Below are positions 10,043-21,343 of a DNA stretch of 64,000 bases, one piece after another; the stretch's first letter is position 1; every line of letters begins with the position of its first letter. Under the pieces are notes generated by a model. It searched no databases. It was not told where the DNA came from and saw only the letters and a list, made by a program, of their open reading frames with translations. Origin of the DNA: Gammaproteobacteria bacterium (GTDB lineage: Bacteria; Pseudomonadota; Gammaproteobacteria; Pseudomonadales; PIVM01); the NCBI GenBank assembly GCA_003353945.1, contig PIVM01000002.1:5569-69568 (forward strand), written 5' to 3'. Position numbers and translations under genes: made by a program.

Positions 10043-11128
10043 TTATTTTTTTCGCAGCTCCCAGATCATCTTTTCTGCATGAGGTACGATTTCCTTCAAG
10101 CCTTCCTCACGCTTAATGCGAGGTTCATAGCCCAGTTCGCGTCGGGCACGGTCTATTCTGAAAGAGTGGCTGCGAGTTATTTTTAACATGCCCATGCGTG
10201 AAAAGGGTAGTTCAGGCCCACCCAGATAATGAGCGACTTCAACCAGAAAACCCACCCAGTACATCAGTGAAGCAGGAAGGCGTACAGTTGGCCATTTCAT
10301 ACCCAGCTCATCAACCAGAGGGCGGAACCATTCCAGTGCATTCATTGGCTCGTCGTCAGTAATGTAATAGGCTTGGCCACCAACAATATTGGGTTCTGAG
10401 ACCAGTTTCTCTGCGGCGAGAATTTCGGCGTCCACGAGATTTGCCACATGGGTATTATCCACCTCGGCTGAACCATCGCCGATCAGTGCTTTGAATGCGC
10501 CATTGGCTAATTGCTGTACGAAGCTCTGTATCATTACGCCGCCTTCGCTTCCCCCCCAAATGCCGCCGGGACGCAGCGCGATGGTTCTCATGCCTGTCTT
10601 TCCGTCATCGGCTTCAAGTACCAGTTTTTCAGCCATTGCCTTGGTTTCAGTGTACAGATCCAGCGGTCGAGTAGCATGGGGAATTGACTCATCGCCCATG
10701 ACAATTTCGTGATCAAAACAGACATTATTGCTACTGGTGTAGACGAAGTGTTTCACGCTATTATCGGTTGCAGCCTTGAGTAGCTGGGCAGTTCCTGACA
10801 CATTAATATGCATTACGCGGTCACGGACTTTCTGACGGTATAGACCTAACAGGTTGATCAGCGCAACAGTATGAAAAATGGTATCGACGCCCTGACAGGC
10901 CTTGTGGGCATCCTCATAATTGCGGATATCGCCAACAAAGTTAATGATGCGTTCGTCTTCAATTGGGCACGGCGTCAGATCGAAGGAGTGTACGGTATAT
11001 TCCTGCTCTAACAGGCGTTTAATGATAAACGAACCCAAATAACCGGCACCACCGGTAACTAGGCAAACAGGGCCAAAGCTCTTTTTCTTTGTTTCATTTT
11101 TTTTGCTTGTAGAAGGTGATGAAGTCAA
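10043..11128 (-). CDS. NAD-dependent SDR of the 3-beta-hydroxysteroid dehydrogenase/isomerase (NSDHL-like) / epimerase family
   Basis: VTGGAGYLGS Rossmann motif, YTETK catalytic YxxxK, and a hydrophobic segment (LMYWVGFLVEVAHYL) near the C-terminus. There is no ATG before the Rossmann motif, so the start is TTG at 11128. Confidence 0.6.
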   Translation of the reverse strand: MTSSPSTSKKNETKKKSFGPVCLVTGGAGYLGSFIIKRLLEQEYTVHSFDLTPCPIEDERIINFVGDIRNYEDAHKACQGVDTIFHTVALINLLGLYRQKVRDRVMHINVSGTAQLLKAATDNSVKHFVYTSSNNVCFDHEIVMGDESIPHATRPLDLYTETKAMAEKLVLEADDGKTGMRTIALRPGGIWGGSEGGVMIQSFVQQLANGAFKALIGDGSAEVDNTHVANLVDAEILAAEKLVSEPNIVGGQAYYITDDEPMNALEWFRPLVDELGMKWPTVRLPASLMYWVGFLVEVAHYLGGPELPFSRMGMLKITRSHSFRIDRARRELGYEPRIKREEGLKEIVPHAEKMIWELRKK

Positions 11129-11504
11129 TGGAAATATTCCTTACATACGGTGGCAGATTGCTCTTGCCAGATTGCTCTTGCCAGATAAAACAGCTCTTAG
11201 AAAGCGGGTAATTTTATCTAAGACCGGCTATGCCATCTATGGTGTAAGAATAGTTTTTCCAAGTAAACCTCTTTTCCACGATCTGAGTCAGGATTATGGT
11301 GTCAATAATTGATCAAAACGCTTGAGAAAGCCTGGTTCGCCACTTAGAATGCTCCACGCTGGGAAGGTTATGCGGGTCTTCTGAGAGTCTGACGAATGTC
11401 TAGCTATCGTACTTTGTAGTCAGTCTTTATAGTCAGGCTTTGTGTCCCCATATTCAGTATAGTAAGAGAAGTGATCCAAAAATGATTTTAGGGCGGTAAT
11501 TCCG

Positions 11505-12569
11505 ATGACCCAGACTACGGCGACAGCACGCCAGCTGGAGTATGAGTTTCCTCAACAATCGCAGTGCAAATTGCGAGACCCTCAGCAAGAACAGGCTTTA
11601 AAACAGCGAATAAAACAATTGCTACACCAGCAAAATGCTGTTCTGGTGGCGCATTACTATACTGATCCAGTGTTACAGGAACTGGCCGAAGAGACCGGTG
11701 GTTGTGTGGCTGATTCCTTGGAGATGGCTCGTTTTGGTAGGGATCATCCTGCTGACACACTGTTGGTGGCTGGGGTGAAGTTTATGGGTGAAACAGCCAA
11801 GATTCTAACACCCCATAAGCGGGTTTTGATGCCCACGCTTGAGGCGACCTGTTCGCTGGATCTGGGTTGTCCGGTCGAAGAATTTGCTGCGTTTTGTGAT
11901 CAACATGCGGATCGTACGGTTGTGGTTTATGCCAATACCTCTGCTGCGGTCAAAGCGCGAGCAGATTGGGTTGTTACCTCCAGTATTGCTTTGCAAATCA
12001 TTGAGCATTTGTCAGATCGTGGAGAGAAGATTTTATGGGCTCCAGACAAGCATTTAGGCGATTATGTGAGCCGTGAGACCGGCGCTGATATGTTGATGTG
12101 GGACGGCAGTTGTATTGTCCACGAGGAATTCAAGGCTCATGGAATTATGGATTTAAAAAAGGTCTATCCCGATGCTGCTGTTTTGGTGCATCCTGAGTCT
12201 CCGCAGTCTGTCGTCGCGATCGCTGATCATGTCGGCTCAACATCACAAATCATCCAGGCAGCAAAAACGCTACCGAACCCTCAATTCATTGTGGCAACGG
12301 ATCAGGGCATTTTCTTTAAATTACAGCAGCAGGTACCCGACAAAGAGTTCATTATTGCTCCCACTGCGGGTGAAGGGGCGACTTGTCGTAGTTGTGCAAA
12401 TTGTCCCTGGATGGCGATGAATCGCCTTGAGAATGCGGCGGATGCATTGGCCGATGGATTAAACGAAGTGCTAGTGGATGAGCAGCTTGCGGAACGGGCG
12501 ATGCTGCCATTGCAGCGTATGCTGGATTTTGCCAGTGAGCAGGGTAAAACCGTGAAGGGTAATGCCTAG
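11505..12569 (+). CDS. nadA: quinolinate synthase
   Basis: 354 aa. [21 protein letters not shown], three-fold repeated fold and C-terminal CxxCxxCPWM cluster motif ([10 protein letters not shown]). Confidence 0.9.
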   Translation: MTQTTATARQLEYEFPQQSQCKLRDPQQEQALKQRIKQLLHQQNAVLVAHYYTDPVLQELAEETGGCVADSLEMARFGRDHPADTLLVAGVKFMGETAKILTPHKRVLMPTLEATCSLDLGCPVEEFAAFCDQHADRTVVVYANTSAAVKARADWVVTSSIALQIIEHLSDRGEKILWAPDKHLGDYVSRETGADMLMWDGSCIVHEEFKAHGIMDLKKVYPDAAVLVHPESPQSVVAIADHVGSTSQIIQAAKTLPNPQFIVATDQGIFFKLQQQVPDKEFIIAPTAGEGATCRSCANCPWMAMNRLENAADALADGLNEVLVDEQLAERAMLPLQRMLDFASEQGKTVKGNA

Positions 12570-12627
12570 GACGGCTTCCTATGAGCAGCAATTTCCTTTT
12601 CGGGCAGCTGAGGGCAGTTCGTGACAA

Positions 12628-14079
12628 TCAGAAGTTCATCTGTTTTTTCATTTCATCAATATCGCGTATTCGGGCCTGAATTTTTGCTGTATTGTGATAG
12701 TCGTTTTCAACCAGCTCCAGAGCATATCGCAGTTGACGTTGAGCCTGATCCAGTACGGCATTGAGGATAAAGTATTCGGCACGGGCTTGATGTACGCCAA
12801 TAATGTTGCCGGCCATGCCATGTGTTTCAGCCAATTTGTACCAAAGCCCTGAGTCTTTGGGGTGGCGTATTGTATGTTTTACTAATACTTTTTCTGCACT
12901 TCTCGGGTCGCCAACTTTCACCAGTATGTCAGCATAGCTCATTGTCAGAGGGTGATTATTGGGATTGAGACTGAGCTGTTTCTCCAGTAGCTTGATGGCT
13001 TCAACAAAACGACCTGAATCAAGCATGATATTGGCTTTTGCGATATAAAAAGTAATTTCATTGGGGCGTTTTTTTAAGAGCTCATTTATTATATTTTCTG
13101 CTTCTGCAAGTTTACCGCTGGCAGTAAGGGCAATGGCCAGGCCGTATTTTGCGGCAACTTGGTTTTCTGAGTCGCGCCCCAGTTTTGCTCTGAATTGTTT
13201 GCTGGCCCGAAGAGGTGTTTCTGAGATATGCAATTGGATTCTGGCTTTCATTAGATGAAAACCAAGGCTGTCTCGGTCCGGTTTTTTTGGGTATTGACTG
13301 GCTTGGTTTCTAGAATCAGCAATACGACTTTCTGTTACGGGATGTGTCAATAAAAACTCTGGGGGTCGATTGCCGGCATAACGAGCTGCACGTTGCATAT
13401 GCTCAAACATACTTGCGATGGCTGCGGGATTAAAATCAGAACGAACCATCGTTTCCATCCCGATTCGGTCTGCTTCTCGTTCTTTGTCTCGACTAAAACG
13501 CAGTTGTGATTGAATAGAGGCGGCTTGTGCTGCGGTCAGGGCGGCTAGCCCTGCATCGCCACCGGAGGTGGCAATTATGACCAGGCTTGCCAGTAAGGCT
13601 GCCATATTGGGTAAAGCGGCTCGCTGCTGCTCCTCAACGCCTCTGGCAAAATGACGTTGACTGAGGTGGGCCAGTTCGTGGGCAAGGACGGCGGCCAGCT
13701 CGTCTTCGGTCTTAGCATTGAGAAGCAGGCCGCTGTGTATGCCGATAATGCCGCCGGGTACGGCAAATGCATTGATGGCTTTATTGTCAACCACCACCAG
13801 CTCAAGACGGCGGTCTTTTAGTTGACTGTGCGTGGCGAGATTATAAATAAGGTGAACGAGGTAATCCTGTAACTGGGGGTCAGGCAGGGTTCTGACTTGG
13901 CTTCGAAACACACGCAGCCAGTTTTCGCCCAATTGATGCTCTTGATGTTGAGACACGATACTCGAACTGCTGTCGCCGAGTTCGGGCAGTTTGACTTCAT
14001 TGGCGTGAGTCAAGCTGCTGATAAACAACGATAAGAGCAGTAGCGAGTAGCTAATGTGACGGAAAAATCGATTATGCAC
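12628..14079 (-). CDS. bepA: M48-family metalloprotease with C-terminal TPR repeats (BepA/YfgC-like)
   Basis: Signal peptide, HELAHLSQRH zinc motif (HExxH), and a TPR-like C-terminal half. Confidence 0.75.
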   Translation of the reverse strand: MHNRFFRHISYSLLLLSLFISSLTHANEVKLPELGDSSSSIVSQHQEHQLGENWLRVFRSQVRTLPDPQLQDYLVHLIYNLATHSQLKDRRLELVVVDNKAINAFAVPGGIIGIHSGLLLNAKTEDELAAVLAHELAHLSQRHFARGVEEQQRAALPNMAALLASLVIIATSGGDAGLAALTAAQAASIQSQLRFSRDKEREADRIGMETMVRSDFNPAAIASMFEHMQRAARYAGNRPPEFLLTHPVTESRIADSRNQASQYPKKPDRDSLGFHLMKARIQLHISETPLRASKQFRAKLGRDSENQVAAKYGLAIALTASGKLAEAENIINELLKKRPNEITFYIAKANIMLDSGRFVEAIKLLEKQLSLNPNNHPLTMSYADILVKVGDPRSAEKVLVKHTIRHPKDSGLWYKLAETHGMAGNIIGVHQARAEYFILNAVLDQAQRQLRYALELVENDYHNTAKIQARIRDIDEMKKQMNF

Positions 14080-14331
14080 AGTATCCCAGTGAAATTCAGG
14101 CCCTTAAATTGCCTACTTTAGTCATTAATGTGATCTCTGCCCAGTAAAATCAAGCTATTGCGGTAATTAATAGGGCGAAAGTGGATAAGATCGTTATAAT
14201 GAAAAAAAATTCCCTGCAAATCTTTTTCGGCGCCAGAGCTAGCCTATTGCTTTGTGATTCCAGGTAATGTTTCTTCAGCGGGTCTATGAGATGCTGTTTT
14301 ACGGTGAGTTTTATGGTGAAATGCTTGCCTG

Positions 14332-14604
14332 GTGAATCGTGTGGTGAAAAGTACAGATACTGAACTTATGAAAAGTGTAGACGTGGATATTGAATTGGAT
14401 GCCAGCGGTCTATCCTGTCCGCTACCCTTGTTAAAAGCAAAACAAGCGTTGAATGAGATGTCCAGTGGCCAGATCTTGAAAGTGTTGGCCACAGATACGG
14501 GATCTGTCAGAGATTTTCGTGTATTTGCTGATCAAAGCGGCCATATATTGCTGGATTCTTTTGAAGAAGCTGGCATCTACAACTATCTTTTGCAAAAAAA
14601 GTGA
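14332..14604 (+). CDS. tusA: TusA/SirA-family sulfur-carrier protein
   Basis: LDASGLSCPLPLLKAKQAL (CPxP active-site motif) and GQILKVLATD. The start is uncertain; ATG at 14368 would give a typical length of about 78 aa. Confidence 0.65.
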   Translation: MNRVVKSTDTELMKSVDVDIELDASGLSCPLPLLKAKQALNEMSSGQILKVLATDTGSVRDFRVFADQSGHILLDSFEEAGIYNYLLQKK

Positions 14605-14649
14605 TTTGTCACCGGTGATACTGATTATTCTGCGGGAAATACCAGCGTT

Positions 14650-15729
14650 ATGATAAGAGTCTTCAAAAAATGGCTGTCGCTTTATTTCCACGATGAAGAA
14701 GCCCTGATTTTATTATTATTGCTTTTTGCAGGGCTTGTGTTGGTGGTTAGCATGGGACAAGTGCTGGCGCCTGTGATAGCCAGTGTGATCATCGCTTTTT
14801 TGTTGCAGGGTGTCATTGGCCGTTTAATCCGCTACAAAGTGCCACAACCGGTTGCTGTCACCGTTGCCTTTCTATTGTTTGTGGGTGGATCTTGTGCCGT
14901 CATTTTTGTTGTATTACCACTGGCCTGGCGGCAATTAACAACGCTGTTTAACGAATTGCCAGGTATGTTAGGCCAGGGACAAAGCTTCTTAAGTGTTTTA
15001 CCTGAGCGATATCCTGATTTAATCAAAGAATCGCAAATTGACCAATTGATTGATATTGCGCGTGAGCGGTTGGGGCAGTTTGGCGAGGTTGTGGTGTCCT
15101 TTTCCCTTTCCTCCATACCTAATCTAGTAGCACTGCTGATTTATATTGTGCTGATACCGATACTTGTCTTTTTCTTCCTCAAAGATAGCTCAACAATACT
15201 GCACTGGCTGGCTTCTTTTTTACCCAAAGAGCGCCCTTTGATGGAGAAAGTCTGGTGGGAGATGAACGATCAGATTGCCAACTATGTGCGGGGTAAATTT
15301 ATCGAGATCCTGTTGGTTGGCGGTGTCTGCTATATTGCATTTGCTTTGATGGGTCTGAATTATGCAGCCTTGTTGGCCTTGCTGGTGGGTTTGTCGGTTG
15401 TTATCCCCTATATTGGTGCAGCTCTGGTGACAATACCGGTGGCGGCGATTGCACTGTTCCAATGGGGTTGGAGTGGTGACTTTTTTTATCTGATGCTCGC
15501 CTATGGCGTTATTCAAGCTCTGGATGGAAACGTGCTTGTGCCACTGCTGTTTTCAGAAGCTGTCAATATGCACCCCGTAGCCATTATTTTGGCAGTGTTG
15601 GTATTTGGTGGATTTTGGGGTATGTGGGGTGTCTTTTTTGCTATTCCTCTGGCCACTTTGGTCAAGGCACTGATGAATGCATGGCCAGGCGGTGAAGGTG
15701 ACGAAGAAGATGTCGTCAATTCGACCTGA
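14650..15729 (+). CDS. AI-2E family transporter (PerM/YhhT-like, UPF0118)
   Basis: 359 aa, polytopic, with family-typical blocks (NYVRGKFIEILLVG, VIPYIGA, LDGNVLVPLLFSEAV, HPVAIILAVLVFGGFWG). Confidence 0.75.
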   Translation: MIRVFKKWLSLYFHDEEALILLLLLFAGLVLVVSMGQVLAPVIASVIIAFLLQGVIGRLIRYKVPQPVAVTVAFLLFVGGSCAVIFVVLPLAWRQLTTLFNELPGMLGQGQSFLSVLPERYPDLIKESQIDQLIDIARERLGQFGEVVVSFSLSSIPNLVALLIYIVLIPILVFFFLKDSSTILHWLASFLPKERPLMEKVWWEMNDQIANYVRGKFIEILLVGGVCYIAFALMGLNYAALLALLVGLSVVIPYIGAALVTIPVAAIALFQWGWSGDFFYLMLAYGVIQALDGNVLVPLLFSEAVNMHPVAIILAVLVFGGFWGMWGVFFAIPLATLVKALMNAWPGGEGDEEDVVNST

Positions 15730-15775
15730 TGTATAAACCAGCTGTCTGTTAACTCTTGTCTGGGTAAACGATTCA

Positions 15776-18631
15776 ATGATGATACGTTGTAAACAAGTTC
15801 TGTTTTTCTCGCTCATTTTGTTGCTCTCGTCATGTGCTTTGTTGCAGCAGACGACACAGCAAGCTATCGTCAGGGGCGATCTGGATCAGCGCGAATATCG
15901 GCTTTTCCAGCTGGAAAATCGTCTTTCAGTACTGGTGATTTCTGATCTGGATACGCAAAAGTCCACAGCGGCTATGGATGTGGCAGTGGGCAGCAGCGCA
16001 GACCCTAAAGGGCGTGATGGACTGGCGCATTTTTTGGAGCATATGCTCTTTTTAGGTACGGAAAAGTATCCAGATTCCGGTGAGTACCAGAGCTATATTG
16101 ATCGTCACGGTGGTCGCCATAATGCCTACACCGCGTTTGAACACACCAACTACTTTTTCGATATTGAACCGGATTATTTAGAGCCGGCCCTGGATCGTTT
16201 TGCGCAATTTTTTATTGCGCCCTTGTTTACGGAAAAATACGTAGAGCGCGAAAAAAATGCAGTGAACTCTGAATATCGGGCTGGCTATAAAAATGATTAT
16301 CGACGCAGCCTGGATGCACTTCGGGAGGTTGTAAATCCGCAAAGTCCCTTTGTCAAGTTTAGTGTTGGTAGTTTGGAAACCTTAAGCAATGGTGAGACAG
16401 CGATACGTGATGAATTGACTTCATTCTATCGTCAGCATTACTCGTCAAATACGATGCGGCTTGTGGTGCTGGGTAAGCAATCTGTTGATGAGCTGGAAAA
16501 CATGGTGCGAGGCCATTTTTCCACGGTGCCTGACAGAAATCTGAGTTTATCGAATATAGATCAACCGTTATTTAATGAGGATGTGTTGCCGGCGCGTCTT
16601 TCGATAGTACCGGAAAAGGAATTGCGCCAGCTGTCGGTACTCTTTCCCATGCCGTCCTTGCAGGAGTTATGGCGGGAAAAACCCATGGCCTATATCAGTA
16701 ATCTGGTAGGGCATGAAGGGGAGGGCAGTTTGCTGTCTGAGCTAAAACGCCGTGGATGGGCTGAATCGCTCAGCGCAGGACAAAGTTTGAATTACCGAGG
16801 AGGCGCCACCTATGAAGTATCCATTACACTGAGCGAAAAAGGTTTGGCGCACACTGAGGATGTTATCAAGATACTGTATCAGATGTTGAATACGATTCGA
16901 CAGAACGGTTTGCAAGCCTGGCGTTATGAGGAGCAAAGTCGGTTGGCGCAATTGCAGTTCAGATTTCAGGAAAAGGGAGAGCCTTTTCATTATGCGAGTC
17001 GCCTTGCGCACGACATGCACTATTACGACGAAACGAATCTTCTTCGTGGATCCTCGATGATGACGGGTTTTGATCGCGATATGATCGAATCATTTCTTGA
17101 CTATCTGAAACCAGAAAACAGCTTGGTTAAACTGTTCAGCAAAACAGTGCAAACCGACAGCCAATCACACTGGTATCAAACACCCTATAAAATGGAACCC
17201 GTTTCCGCTGAAACCTTGTCACAATGGCAGAAGGCGGGTCTGAATGCTGAACTGAAGTTGCCCAATGAAAATCCCTTTGTTCCGCAAGAACTAACGGTAT
17301 TGCCAGCGCAGTCGCTTGCAAATCCAGAGTTAATTATCGATGAGAGTTTGTTTCAATTGTGGCATCACGAGAATGATCGATTCCAGGTGCCACGCAGTGG
17401 TTTGTTTTTCAGTGTACGTACTCCATTGGCAAGTGATACTGCAAAACACGCAGCTCTTGCACAGTTATATGTGGCCTTACTCCGTGATCGCTTGAATGAG
17501 TTTACTTATCCAGCGGCTCTGGCGGGTTTGCACTTTGGTATTCGAAAACACCCTCGTGGTTTTAGTGTACGCATCAGTGGATACAGTGAAAAACAGGAGC
17601 GCTTGCTAGAGCGATTGCTGCGACAGCTAAGGCAAACTGATTTTGAACCTGCACGATTTAATAGTCTAAAAAAGGAATTGCTGCGAAGTTGGCGTAATGC
17701 TGAGCGAGTGCCACCCTACAAACGACTGTTTAGAGAAGTCAGTGCGGTGCTGTTTATGCCTCACTGGTCAGAAGAGGATTTGATTACTGCGATAGAGGAC
17801 CAGGAGTTGCAGGACTTGCAGATGTATATGCAGGAGTTTTGGTCTGCAGTCAGCATTGTCAGTCTGGTCAATGGTAATACCAGTCGGGAACGTGCGGAAG
17901 CTGCCGCCGAACAATTAAAAGCTTTGTTGTCTGATGCTCCGAAAAAACAGCTACCCTCTCTGACGGCAGTTAAATTGTCTGCTGGTGATCGATTGATGCA
18001 GCAAATTGAAACTGAGCATCAAGATGCTGCTCAGCTGCTCTATGTGCAGGGGAGTGATAATGGCGTTGAAGATCAGGCTTTGTTGGCGCTGAGTGCACAG
18101 ATTGTTGGAACGCCGTTTTATCAACAGATACGTACGGAACAACAATTAGGCTATATTGTGTCGGCAAATTATATGCCTGTACTGACGGTGCCGGGGATTG
18201 CATTTGTGGTTCAATCACCCAGTCATGATGAATCAATGATCTATCAGGCTGTAGAACAGTTTCTTGCCGATTTTTCCGCGAAGGTAGGGGGAATAACGCA
18301 GGAGCAGTTTGATCAACACAAACAGGCCGTGATAAACGATTTACTGGAAGCACCGAAAAACCTACATCAGCAAACAGAGCAGTTCTGGCGAGCCATCGCT
18401 TTGCACGATGCAACGTTTGACCGAAAAGCAAAAATTGCTGCTCATGTAGACGCTATCAGCCTGGCGGATTTTCAATCAGCCTATCAGCAGTATTTTCAAT
18501 CAGAAAAAAATAGGATGTTGCTGCTACAAACACAAGCTGATGATGTGAAAATGAAATCATTGGAAGTATTTAACAAAATAGAGGATATAAAACAGTTTAA
18601 GAGCCTGCGGCCTAAGTATAAGTACCCCTAG
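15776..18631 (+). CDS. M16-family zinc protease (pitrilysin/protease III-like), probable lipoprotein
   Basis: 951 aa. Lipobox LLLSSCA, inverted zinc motif HFLEHMLFLGTEKYP (HxxEH), and four-domain length typical of PtrA. Confidence 0.8.
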   Translation: MMIRCKQVLFFSLILLLSSCALLQQTTQQAIVRGDLDQREYRLFQLENRLSVLVISDLDTQKSTAAMDVAVGSSADPKGRDGLAHFLEHMLFLGTEKYPDSGEYQSYIDRHGGRHNAYTAFEHTNYFFDIEPDYLEPALDRFAQFFIAPLFTEKYVEREKNAVNSEYRAGYKNDYRRSLDALREVVNPQSPFVKFSVGSLETLSNGETAIRDELTSFYRQHYSSNTMRLVVLGKQSVDELENMVRGHFSTVPDRNLSLSNIDQPLFNEDVLPARLSIVPEKELRQLSVLFPMPSLQELWREKPMAYISNLVGHEGEGSLLSELKRRGWAESLSAGQSLNYRGGATYEVSITLSEKGLAHTEDVIKILYQMLNTIRQNGLQAWRYEEQSRLAQLQFRFQEKGEPFHYASRLAHDMHYYDETNLLRGSSMMTGFDRDMIESFLDYLKPENSLVKLFSKTVQTDSQSHWYQTPYKMEPVSAETLSQWQKAGLNAELKLPNENPFVPQELTVLPAQSLANPELIIDESLFQLWHHENDRFQVPRSGLFFSVRTPLASDTAKHAALAQLYVALLRDRLNEFTYPAALAGLHFGIRKHPRGFSVRISGYSEKQERLLERLLRQLRQTDFEPARFNSLKKELLRSWRNAERVPPYKRLFREVSAVLFMPHWSEEDLITAIEDQELQDLQMYMQEFWSAVSIVSLVNGNTSRERAEAAAEQLKALLSDAPKKQLPSLTAVKLSAGDRLMQQIETEHQDAAQLLYVQGSDNGVEDQALLALSAQIVGTPFYQQIRTEQQLGYIVSANYMPVLTVPGIAFVVQSPSHDESMIYQAVEQFLADFSAKVGGITQEQFDQHKQAVINDLLEAPKNLHQQTEQFWRAIALHDATFDRKAKIAAHVDAISLADFQSAYQQYFQSEKNRMLLLQTQADDVKMKSLEVFNKIEDIKQFKSLRPKYKYP

Positions 18632-18668
18632 CTCTAGTTGAGTTGCTGGTTTTTGTCACTGATTAATG

Positions 18669-19922
18669 CTAGTCAGTAAGCGATGAAGAAAACGGAGGAT
18701 TTAACTTAACCACTTCTTGCCATGGCAGGGACGGTAAATGGTGATCCCTCAGGTGATGAACAAATTTCAATGTTTTGAAACCATCAAACCAGTGCATCAT
18801 GTGCTGCTCAAAAGTGCTGTTGTTTTTGCTGTGTTGTAATGCATGTTGCAGTGCTTTTTGGCTTCCCATTTTGTTTAAAGTGATCAGCAAATGTTGATGA
18901 TTCAGTCGCTTGTCAATATTGCACGTATGTTGGATAAGCGCAGTTAGGCAATCATCTATCGACGACTGCCTTTGGAACATATCAGGAAATTGTTTGATGC
19001 ACGATAGCCAGCAGCGTAGATACTGAAAAATCAGCGGCTGGTAAAACAAAAACTGTTCCGCGGGTTTTTCGAGCTGTGAAATTTTTCTGGTTGCCGGTCC
19101 AGTCCCAAAAGGTACGCGTTCAGATTCCCTGGCGAGTAAGCGAAGACAAGGTTTGTCTACACTTACGACCGTCCCTGTTTTTCGTAGTTTATTGAGGAGG
19201 TAAAAATCCTCACCGCCGGCTCGTTTTGGAAAACCCCTGACCATAGCATAATGTTGGGAATGTACAGCTAAGCAACTGCCGATGGTATGAAAGGCATAGG
19301 GTGAACCTGCCCATTTGAGTCCGTTAACATAATAATGCAGAGAGTGCTCATACAGCTGAAAGGGCAAAGTTAGGGGAGTATTATCAGGTCCAATATGCTG
19401 GAAATTAAATACCAAAGCTGCGGTTTGCGTGTTTTTAGCAGCGTTGAAATAGTTTTCTGGTAGGATTGCGTCAGCATCGCTGGAGAAAATCCAGGGTGAT
19501 TGAATACATTTCTCAGAAATCAATTTACAGGCGATATCTGCACCGATTTTGCGTGCCAGCCCCACTCCCTGCTTGCGGGGAATGGGCTTATTTTTACCAA
19601 AACGTCTGACCAGTAGTATGTCAAATGTGTCGCCTGCAAAGCTGGCGAGGAAACCTTCACGCTGCACCCACTGTGATGTGTAATGTTCTTTTATGTGTTG
19701 TTCAAGCAAAATATTCGCAGGACAATCTCTGGCGTTATCGGGCTCATTGACCACTAGTATCAAAAGAAACTTATTGTCGCTGTCGACTTGTTGCAGTCTA
19801 GACAAAAAATCGGGACTTTCGTCATAGGCTGGAATGACAAGAACATGAGAATAGTGTGCCTGACAAAGCACAAGATGACATTCTGGTTCCGCGTAGCTTT
19901 CCAGGTAACGCTTAATGGGCAT
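18669..19922 (-). CDS. hypothetical protein, GT2-like glycosyltransferase fold suspected
   Basis: VLVIPAYDES near the N-terminus and a SSDADAIL (DxD-like) motif. Otherwise unrecognised. Confidence 0.4.
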   Translation of the reverse strand: MPIKRYLESYAEPECHLVLCQAHYSHVLVIPAYDESPDFLSRLQQVDSDNKFLLILVVNEPDNARDCPANILLEQHIKEHYTSQWVQREGFLASFAGDTFDILLVRRFGKNKPIPRKQGVGLARKIGADIACKLISEKCIQSPWIFSSDADAILPENYFNAAKNTQTAALVFNFQHIGPDNTPLTLPFQLYEHSLHYYVNGLKWAGSPYAFHTIGSCLAVHSQHYAMVRGFPKRAGGEDFYLLNKLRKTGTVVSVDKPCLRLLARESERVPFGTGPATRKISQLEKPAEQFLFYQPLIFQYLRCWLSCIKQFPDMFQRQSSIDDCLTALIQHTCNIDKRLNHQHLLITLNKMGSQKALQHALQHSKNNSTFEQHMMHWFDGFKTLKFVHHLRDHHLPSLPWQEVVKLNPPFSSSLTD

Positions 19923-20134
19923 GTGTTAAAGTCCGAAAAAGTGATATTTATGGCATGTAAAGGGGCCTTTTAAGCCACATTCGACGATAATCCGTAGGGC
20001 TCCAGCCGCTCAGACTGGCCACTTACGCACAGACCATTATAATAGCGCCCTTTTAAGACGGGTATCGGAGAATACCGAGCGGTCTGTGATCATAGAGATA
20101 ATATAGAAATAAACAGTCAAATATAGGCGGAATC

Positions 20135-21334
20135 ATGATAATTAAACCCAAAGTGCGCGGTTTTATGTGTATAACAAGTCACCCTTCGGGTTGTGCGGCG
20201 AATGTCAAAGAGCAGATTGACTATGTGAAAGCACAAGGAGAAATCGAGAATGGTCCCAAAAAGGTGTTGGTGATTGGCGCCTCAACCGGTTACGGACTCG
20301 CTTCTCGCATCAGCGTCGCTTTTGGCAGTGGTGCAGCAACATTGGGAGTTTTTTTTGAAAAACCGAGTTCTGGAAAAAGACCGGGAACAGCGGGTTGGTA
20401 TAACTCGGCAGCCTTTCATCAGTGTGCTGAGGCAGAGGGACTGTATGCGAAAAGCATAAACGGTGATGCGTTTTCCAATGAGCTGAAAGAGCAGGTTGTC
20501 GAGACGATTAAAGCCGATCTGGGACAAGTTGATCTTGTGGTTTATAGCTTGGCCTCACCGCGTAGGAAGCATCCTCAGACGGGTGAGCTGCATTCTTCCA
20601 CACTCAAGCCTATCGGTAAGTCGGTTACAGCAACGACACTGGATACCGATAAAAAAGTGGTCAAATCCGTGTCGCTTGAACAGGCCAATGAAGAAGAAAT
20701 TGCAAACACCGTTGCGGTGATGGGCGGAGAAGATTGGCAGATGTGGATTGACGCGCTGGATAACGCCGGCGTATTGGCACCCGGCTGCAAAACCACGGCC
20801 TACACCTATCTCGGTGATAAAATCACCTGGGATATATACTGGGATGGCACTATTGGTGCCGCTAAAAAAGATTTGGATGTGCGAGTTAAGAGCATACATG
20901 ACAAGCTGGCCGCAAAGGGTGGCACGGCTTATGTATCGGTGCTAAAAGCAGTGGTCACACAGTCAAGTTCGGCAATTCCCATCATGCCCTTGTATCTGTC
21001 TCTATTGTTCAAAGTGATGAAAGAGAAGGGCGTGCATGAAGGTTGTATTGAACAGGTTTACGGCTTGCTGAAAGAGAGGCTGTTTACTGATGATCCGTCT
21101 ACGGATGATGAAGGTCGATTAAGAATGGACGGTAAAGAACTGCAGGCTGATATTCAACAGGCGGTTGAGCAACTCTGGCCTCAAGTGAGCAGTGACAATA
21201 TTGATGAATTGACCGATTTTGCCGGTTATCAGCAAGACTTCCTTAAATTGTTTGGCTTTGGCCTGGAGTCGGTAGACTATGAGGCAGATACCAATCCTGA
21301 TGTGCCAATCAACAACTTGCTTAGTGTCGACTGA
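20135..21334 (+). CDS. fabV: trans-2-enoyl-ACP/CoA reductase (FabV/TER family)
   Basis: 399 aa. N-terminus [24 protein letters not shown] and [15 protein letters not shown] are characteristic of FabV. Confidence 0.88.
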   Translation: MIIKPKVRGFMCITSHPSGCAANVKEQIDYVKAQGEIENGPKKVLVIGASTGYGLASRISVAFGSGAATLGVFFEKPSSGKRPGTAGWYNSAAFHQCAEAEGLYAKSINGDAFSNELKEQVVETIKADLGQVDLVVYSLASPRRKHPQTGELHSSTLKPIGKSVTATTLDTDKKVVKSVSLEQANEEEIANTVAVMGGEDWQMWIDALDNAGVLAPGCKTTAYTYLGDKITWDIYWDGTIGAAKKDLDVRVKSIHDKLAAKGGTAYVSVLKAVVTQSSSAIPIMPLYLSLLFKVMKEKGVHEGCIEQVYGLLKERLFTDDPSTDDEGRLRMDGKELQADIQQAVEQLWPQVSSDNIDELTDFAGYQQDFLKLFGFGLESVDYEADTNPDVPINNLLSVD

Positions 21335-21343
21335 GCTTTGCTG

